Below are positions 58,952 through 64,000 of a stretch of DNA of 64,000 bases, in pieces. Below the pieces are notes generated by a model, which was given only the letters and a program-made list of their open reading frames with translations, was not told the origin of the DNA and searched no databases. A program made the position numbers and the translations under genes. The stretch's first letter is position 1. Each line of letters opens with the position of its first letter. Origin of the DNA: Amphiscolops sp. MND2022 (Eukaryota). The DNA lies in assembly GCA_964187785.1 (NCBI GenBank), contig OZ076415.1, positions 29,264,001-29,328,000 on the forward strand. Direction: 5' to 3'.

Positions 58952-61529
58952 CTAGGAGGGATTAAATTTTAAAAAGACTTTAGCAGGACTTTCCGGTACA
59001 GCTATTACATTTGGTGATATTGGGTCATAGTCCTGAGAATTAATATCGTTGACATTAGTTGGGTGTGTCTTTTGCGGTGATTGAAATGTTGAATTCTTAC
59101 TGGAGTATTTAGGAGGTAAATACGGGGAGTCATTATCAGAGTATCTTCTCAGTTTATTGTGTAATTCTTTTTCCGGCAATAGGATATTATCATTTTCACT
59201 TGTTGTGATTTTGTGTTTAGTATAAATCCGTTTTCGTTTTCCTGTATCGTTCAAATCGGTTATCATTTCTGATGTAACTATATTAAAAAATCCATGGGCT
59301 ATTGAACTCAAAATGGAAATGTTGCTTTGGAGTTTATATTTTATGCTAATTGTTCTGTAGAATTTGAGTAAAAATGGTAAAATTTCTCTAATGAAAAGAA
59401 ATGTTGAAAAATAAATTCCACATTGTGTTAAAACATAACATGGATATCCAAAGAAATTAATGAATGCTTGACTGAACCAGTCAGGGTTGAAAAGTGGTAA
59501 GAGGTTTAACAAGTGGTCATGTACTCCAATCCTTAAATGATTATAAGGATTATGTCCTGAGTAGGAATGTTTATCATTACGAACTGTGATGAAATCATAG
59601 CCTAATGATTTTCCAAGTAATTGAAGAGTTGTGTCTGAATGTTTAGCAAATAATACTCTGTTCCAGAATTGATCTATTTCTGCATTTGAGTATATGCCGG
59701 CATCTTGGGCGGTAAATGTATTAGGAGTGATTGTTGTTTTAATTTGGGTAGGTTTAAACATTTGTGGTGCTTCTCGTTTGAGTGGTTCTGGTGTTAACAC
59801 ATAAAAGTCTCCGTCGTTTGAATCTGGGTCTAATTCGATTATATTTTGTGGGTTATTTCCACATTCAATTGGTGTTGCTTAGTTAAAAGTTTGTCTTGTT
59901 ATAGGATCAACATACATTATAGTTTCTCTGTAGTGTATGGGAATTCTATCAAAGCATTTATCTGCCTTGTATAGTGGTGATATAAAATGAGGGCAATCGT
60001 ACAGCCATGCTGTAGATCCTTCAACGTAGAGAAAGTTACTACTATTTCCAGTTAAAAGAAAACCGGCTAACTGAGGATTTTTAACTGACATAGCTAAGAT
60101 TGTTAACAATTGAGTTCTTTCCAGTTCACATATTGTATGAAGGGTGTTTAGTTCTTGTACTGTCATGGATTTAAATACATGATTTATGGTAAAATCAATT
60201 TTTGTATTAATGTGGCATCATAGTCTAAAGTGGCCAAATTGTTTGATATATTCAATGCAGGGAATTTATACCTTTTATTTGAGTCGTCATATTTTATTTT
60301 TCCACTAATTGTTTGATCAATTATTGAGTGTGGTTTTGGTAGTCCTGTGTTCATATAAAAACCATCTAAGTATGTAACAAAGATGTCTTCATTTTGTGTT
60401 GAAAATAATGGTTCAGGTTTTCCACAAATGGTTTGTGCAATTGGGTATGTTTCAAATCGAGAAAGGCTTGGATTGCTTACTTTTGATCGTGGTGTTTTCA
60501 CATTAGGATATCTTGTTCCCTGTATTCCTTCGGTTTGGAGTTTTTGTGTGATGTTTGAAGTTTCAATGAAGGTATCGGTTTCTATCCAATATCTATCTTT
60601 AATTCGTGTCATTCTACAATGAATTCTTGAAGTCGAAATATGAGGCAAAATTTCTCATCAAACCATGTTAATGTATATGGAGTTTTTGTCGTTGGTTTAC
60701 AATATCCGTCTGAATGATAGCATGGTAATATGTGTCCATCATGTATTAATTGATTGTTTTTATCATCATAATCTTTTGCGGTGTTAACAATTCTAAGTTT
60801 ACAACTTTGTCAGGTAATTAAATGTTCTCTGTCGGCTCGACATCGGGAGTATGTATTTTGTGTAACATTAACTATCCAGTCGGGATAATTTTCATCGAAT
60901 ACGAAGGTTCCAATATGCCATGTGTTTAACTTTTTTACTCTAAATGGTGTTTGAACTCGTTCGATTGTGTTTTGATAGTTACTATCGTCGAACAATGAGA
61001 AAGAGTTTTGTATATTGTAATTGTTTAGTTCTTCGCTATCAGTCGCGTTTAAATATCTTATCATGTTTTTGCATTCAATAGGGTCTAATATTTTTGGAAG
61101 TTCTAATGTGTTTTGTCCCCATTGTAAACGATCATGTCGTCTACTAGATGTGAATGTTTGTGAACACCAGACCTTTTCAGTTTTTATATATGCTTCGCAT
61201 TTAAAGGCTTTTATTCTTTTGGCTTTTGCTCTAACATAAACTGTTGCTTGGGTTTTTGTGTGTTGTATATCTGAGGGTGCTTGTTTACATGGTTCAACAT
61301 TTAATAAACTGAATTGTCTTAAGTTGTTTTGTTTTGCACAATCATAATGGGATACCATTAAGTTTAAAATGTTGGGGTCTTGGTCTGAAATATGATTTTC
61401 GGAATTGGTTGTGTCAACATTAGGAACAGTTGAAGGATGAACTAAAGAATGAACTATGTGTATTATATACATGTATTTAACAACATGTATTATGTATACT
61501 AGGTATAAGTTAAAGGTTGTTTGATTCAT
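58952..61529 (-). pseudogene. Envelope glycoprotein, chuvirus-like/class III fusion type, broken into four or more pieces
   Basis: Hydrophobic leader; HYDC...FSLLNVEPC; LPCYHSDGYC; ICELER...NP.LAGFLLTG...G..AWLYDC...CFDRIPI...YVDPITR; C-terminal TM FGYPCYVLTQCGIYFSTFLFI. Confidence 0.75.
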
Positions 61530-63168
61530 GGTTAAAATATTGGTTAAAATATACTTCTATAATTAGGTCCGGAGTAGGGATTAAAGAAGTTTATATGTCC
61601 TGTTCTAATCTCAGGTAATTCTGCGTCACAAAGATAAGAAATGGAGGTGACTATGAATGGTGATGGGGTTGGTTTGTGTGCTACTCTTGTTGAAAGAGAG
61701 AATGGATGAGGTCCTAACGAATTGAATGTGACTTCTACTTCAAATTTTAATGTGAGTTGTTGTTCTTGTAGTCTTCGTAATTCTCTTTGTTTTCTTTGGG
61801 TTGAGAGTGAGTTATTGTTTATAAATCTTGCAGGTAATACTGTGTATCGAGGATCTTCGTTAAGCGTACGAACAATTTGTGAATTAACACGGATGGGATA
61901 TTCGTGAGGGTTTGGTGCTGGAGGTCTTGAGAAACCTAAAAATATTCAGGTAGTTGTATAGAAGAGTTTGATGCTATTGAACTTGGTGAGTAAACTCGTG
62001 AAAAATTAGCTGCGCTATCTGATATAGTTATTGGGTCTTCAGAAAGAAGAGAAGCTGTTTCAAATCCTGATGTGATTTGAAATGGTAGTGATAAAGAAGA
62101 TGGTATAGTGGGTTGAGATGAGGAAAGAGAAGAAGTGTCTAATCTGGGTTGGGCGTGCTGTCTAAGTAGTCTTGAGTTTGTACTTGAACTAGTTAAAGAT
62201 TGTAATTCCTGAGAATTTCTTTGTTGTTGAGATCTAAGGCTATAGTTATGTCTTGGTACTCTAGTACTAGCAGTTGAGTCAGAATCTTTATCTTTATGAT
62301 ATAGATCTGTTAGAGAAGAGGTAGTGGTTGAATGTACACGTTCTAGTTCAAGTTTGGGATATATTTGAGAAAATGTGAATGAACTTAGTTCAGATGGTGA
62401 AGGGATTGGGTGTTGTTGTGATTTTTTCACTGGTGCCTTCAATGAAGGTTCTGGTAAGAATGTTATTGGAGTATGACTTGTTGTTGGTAAATTAATGTCT
62501 TGTGGTAATGTGGGTAAAGGAGTTTTTCTTTTTGTTTTCGTTGCGGTTGGTACTTTATGTGGACAAGAATTTATGTATTGTAGAACTGAGCTGGGATCAG
62601 GGATATGAACGGGACGAAAGGTAGTAATTGGTGGAAGAGGAGGTCTATTTAAAATATTTGAAGTATTTTGTGTATTTGGTGTTGTAAATGTTTCATCATT
62701 AGAGTCAGAAACTGGTGAATTTGTTTCTGAAAATGTTAGATTTTGTGAAATAGGTTGTGATTGAGTTGTTATTACTAGTGTTTGAGTTTGGGTTACAGGT
62801 GTATTGGTGGGTGTTGTTGGTACTCTATCAGGAGTATATAGAGCGGATGGACTGGGGTTTGAGGATGAGAAATCCAGTATGTCTGTATCTGAGTTTAAAT
62901 ATGCTTTATATTCAGGTAATCTTTGGAGTGAATGTGTTGAACTAGAAGATGAATTATTTGTGGTTGATGATGGTGAGTGAATATGTCTATCAATTTTGAA
63001 ATCTTTGTGTTATGGTAGTTTGTTTCAGTTTGTAAATTAGTTATTTTTATATCAATTAGGATTTCTTTCTTTTATTATCACTTGTGAAATATTTTTCATT
63101 CAATTTCACATTAAGCTTCAAACTTTTCTCTTTCTTTCAAATTTTCTTTCTGTGTTTCTTTCTGTATT

Positions 63169-64000
63169 TCAGCAGGATTTTTGAGAAAGTGAAAATATAT
63201 TCTTTTCACCAAGGAAAAGTCGATAGTCTTTTCTTGGTTGTGGGCGGAAATTGTATCTAATATAGGAGTGTCTTCGGGGGTTAATAAAATTATCATAGTC
63301 ATGATTGTCTGATTGTTTATCTGAGTTGGTATTTTGAGAATCTTGTTCTTTTTGTTGGTACGGAAATGAAGAATATTGGCTAAATGATTCTGGTTGGGAG
63401 TCGATTGTGGATGGTATATCCGTTTCTTTATTAAATTTTGTGGAAGAAAATTGATCTTCGTCACTGAATTGGTTTTCATCGGAGTCAATTATCTGATCTT
63501 TTATACTCGAATATTTATCATTGAATAAATGAGAATTATACTGTTGTAGGAAAGGAAAAATAATCGGTTCTTTCGGATAGTAAGGGATTAAATGATTTCT
63601 GTGTATGTGAGATGTGTAACCATCTTGATTAACAATTTCATATGTTATATCGGAAATTTTGTTAATAATTTTGAATGGTCCAATTCTGAGAGGTTTTAAT
63701 TTGTCTGAAAAATGTACATGGAGAAAATTGCTTTTTTGTACAAATGTGCCAATATCTAAGGGTCTCGGATTGTGGTATGTTTTGTTAAAATAAGCGTAAG
63801 AATTAAATTTTCTTTTAGTGTTCTCATATACTGTGTGGTATATTTGTATCATAGCAGTTTCAGTGGCTAAGATCCATTGTGGGATCGATTTAGATAATAT
63901 TTTATGGAAGAAGGGGTTTAGATTTGATTTGTCATAGTGTGTATGAAGTGGTAATTCTTGACAATATTGGGAAGTACAATTTCTATAGGTATCTCTTTGG
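63169..64000 (-). CDS. Gypsy pol C-terminus (integrase GPY/F module); frame open to the window edge
   Basis: KLKPLRIGPFKIINKISDITYEI......IHRNHLIPY. Confidence 0.9.
   Translation of the reverse strand, partial: QRDTYRNCTSQYCQELPLHTHYDKSNLNPFFHKILSKSIPQWILATETAMIQIYHTVYENTKRKFNSYAYFNKTYHNPRPLDIGTFVQKSNFLHVHFSDKLKPLRIGPFKIINKISDITYEIVNQDGYTSHIHRNHLIPYYPKEPIIFPFLQQYNSHLFNDKYSSIKDQIIDSDENQFSDEDQFSSTKFNKETDIPSTIDSQPESFSQYSSFPYQQKEQDSQNTNSDKQSDNHDYDNFINPRRHSYIRYNFRPQPRKDYRLFLGEKNIFSLSQKSC

Larger units (their letters stand above)
54979..64000 (-). mobile_element. 3' part of a large envelope-bearing Ty3/Gypsy LTR retrotransposon (integrase end, env-like gene, accessory ORFs, putative 3' LTR)
   Basis: A GPY/F-type integrase C-terminus is followed by ~8 kb of same-strand ORFs, then a purine tract and a TG...CA repeat candidate. 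Confidence 0.85.

Noticed and set aside
1-64000. Prokaryotic or defence-island interpretation
   Set aside because: Spliceosomal introns, a metazoan AP-1 gene, eukaryotic tRNAs and eukaryotic TE classes occur throughout.

Overview
AT-rich, transposon-dense animal (invertebrate-type) genomic DNA; the species cannot be fixed from sequence alone. There are two spliced host genes, both on the minus strand and head-to-tail. The first is a complete 9-exon AP-1 mu subunit gene (AP1M1, CDS 38043->7419, 422 aa, with a 20.5-kb fifth intron). The second is a 2-exon LYSET/TMEM251 homologue (5652->2286) that needs a GC-AG intron. tRNA-Val(TAC) and tRNA-Lys(CTT) lie inside the large AP1M1 intron. Most of the rest is mobile DNA: a BEL/Pao integrase end, an intact full-length LINE with TSD, degenerate LINEs, a piggyBac element, several hAT MITEs with 8-bp TSDs, a MULE transposase relic, Helentron/DINE-like elements and a SINE. 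There is also a tandem array of an orphan coiled-coil ORF carrying a foldback. The most notable items are (1) the 3' ~9 kb of a large Ty3/Gypsy element with a decayed envelope resembling chuvirus-type class III glycoproteins plus several accessory ORFs, (2) five GG-ended MITEs with 8-10-bp TSDs that share a GCGAAGC-hairpin core between different arm types, and (3) the AP1M1-LYSET pair, two lysosomal-enzyme-sorting genes with a possible in-frame read-through splice.
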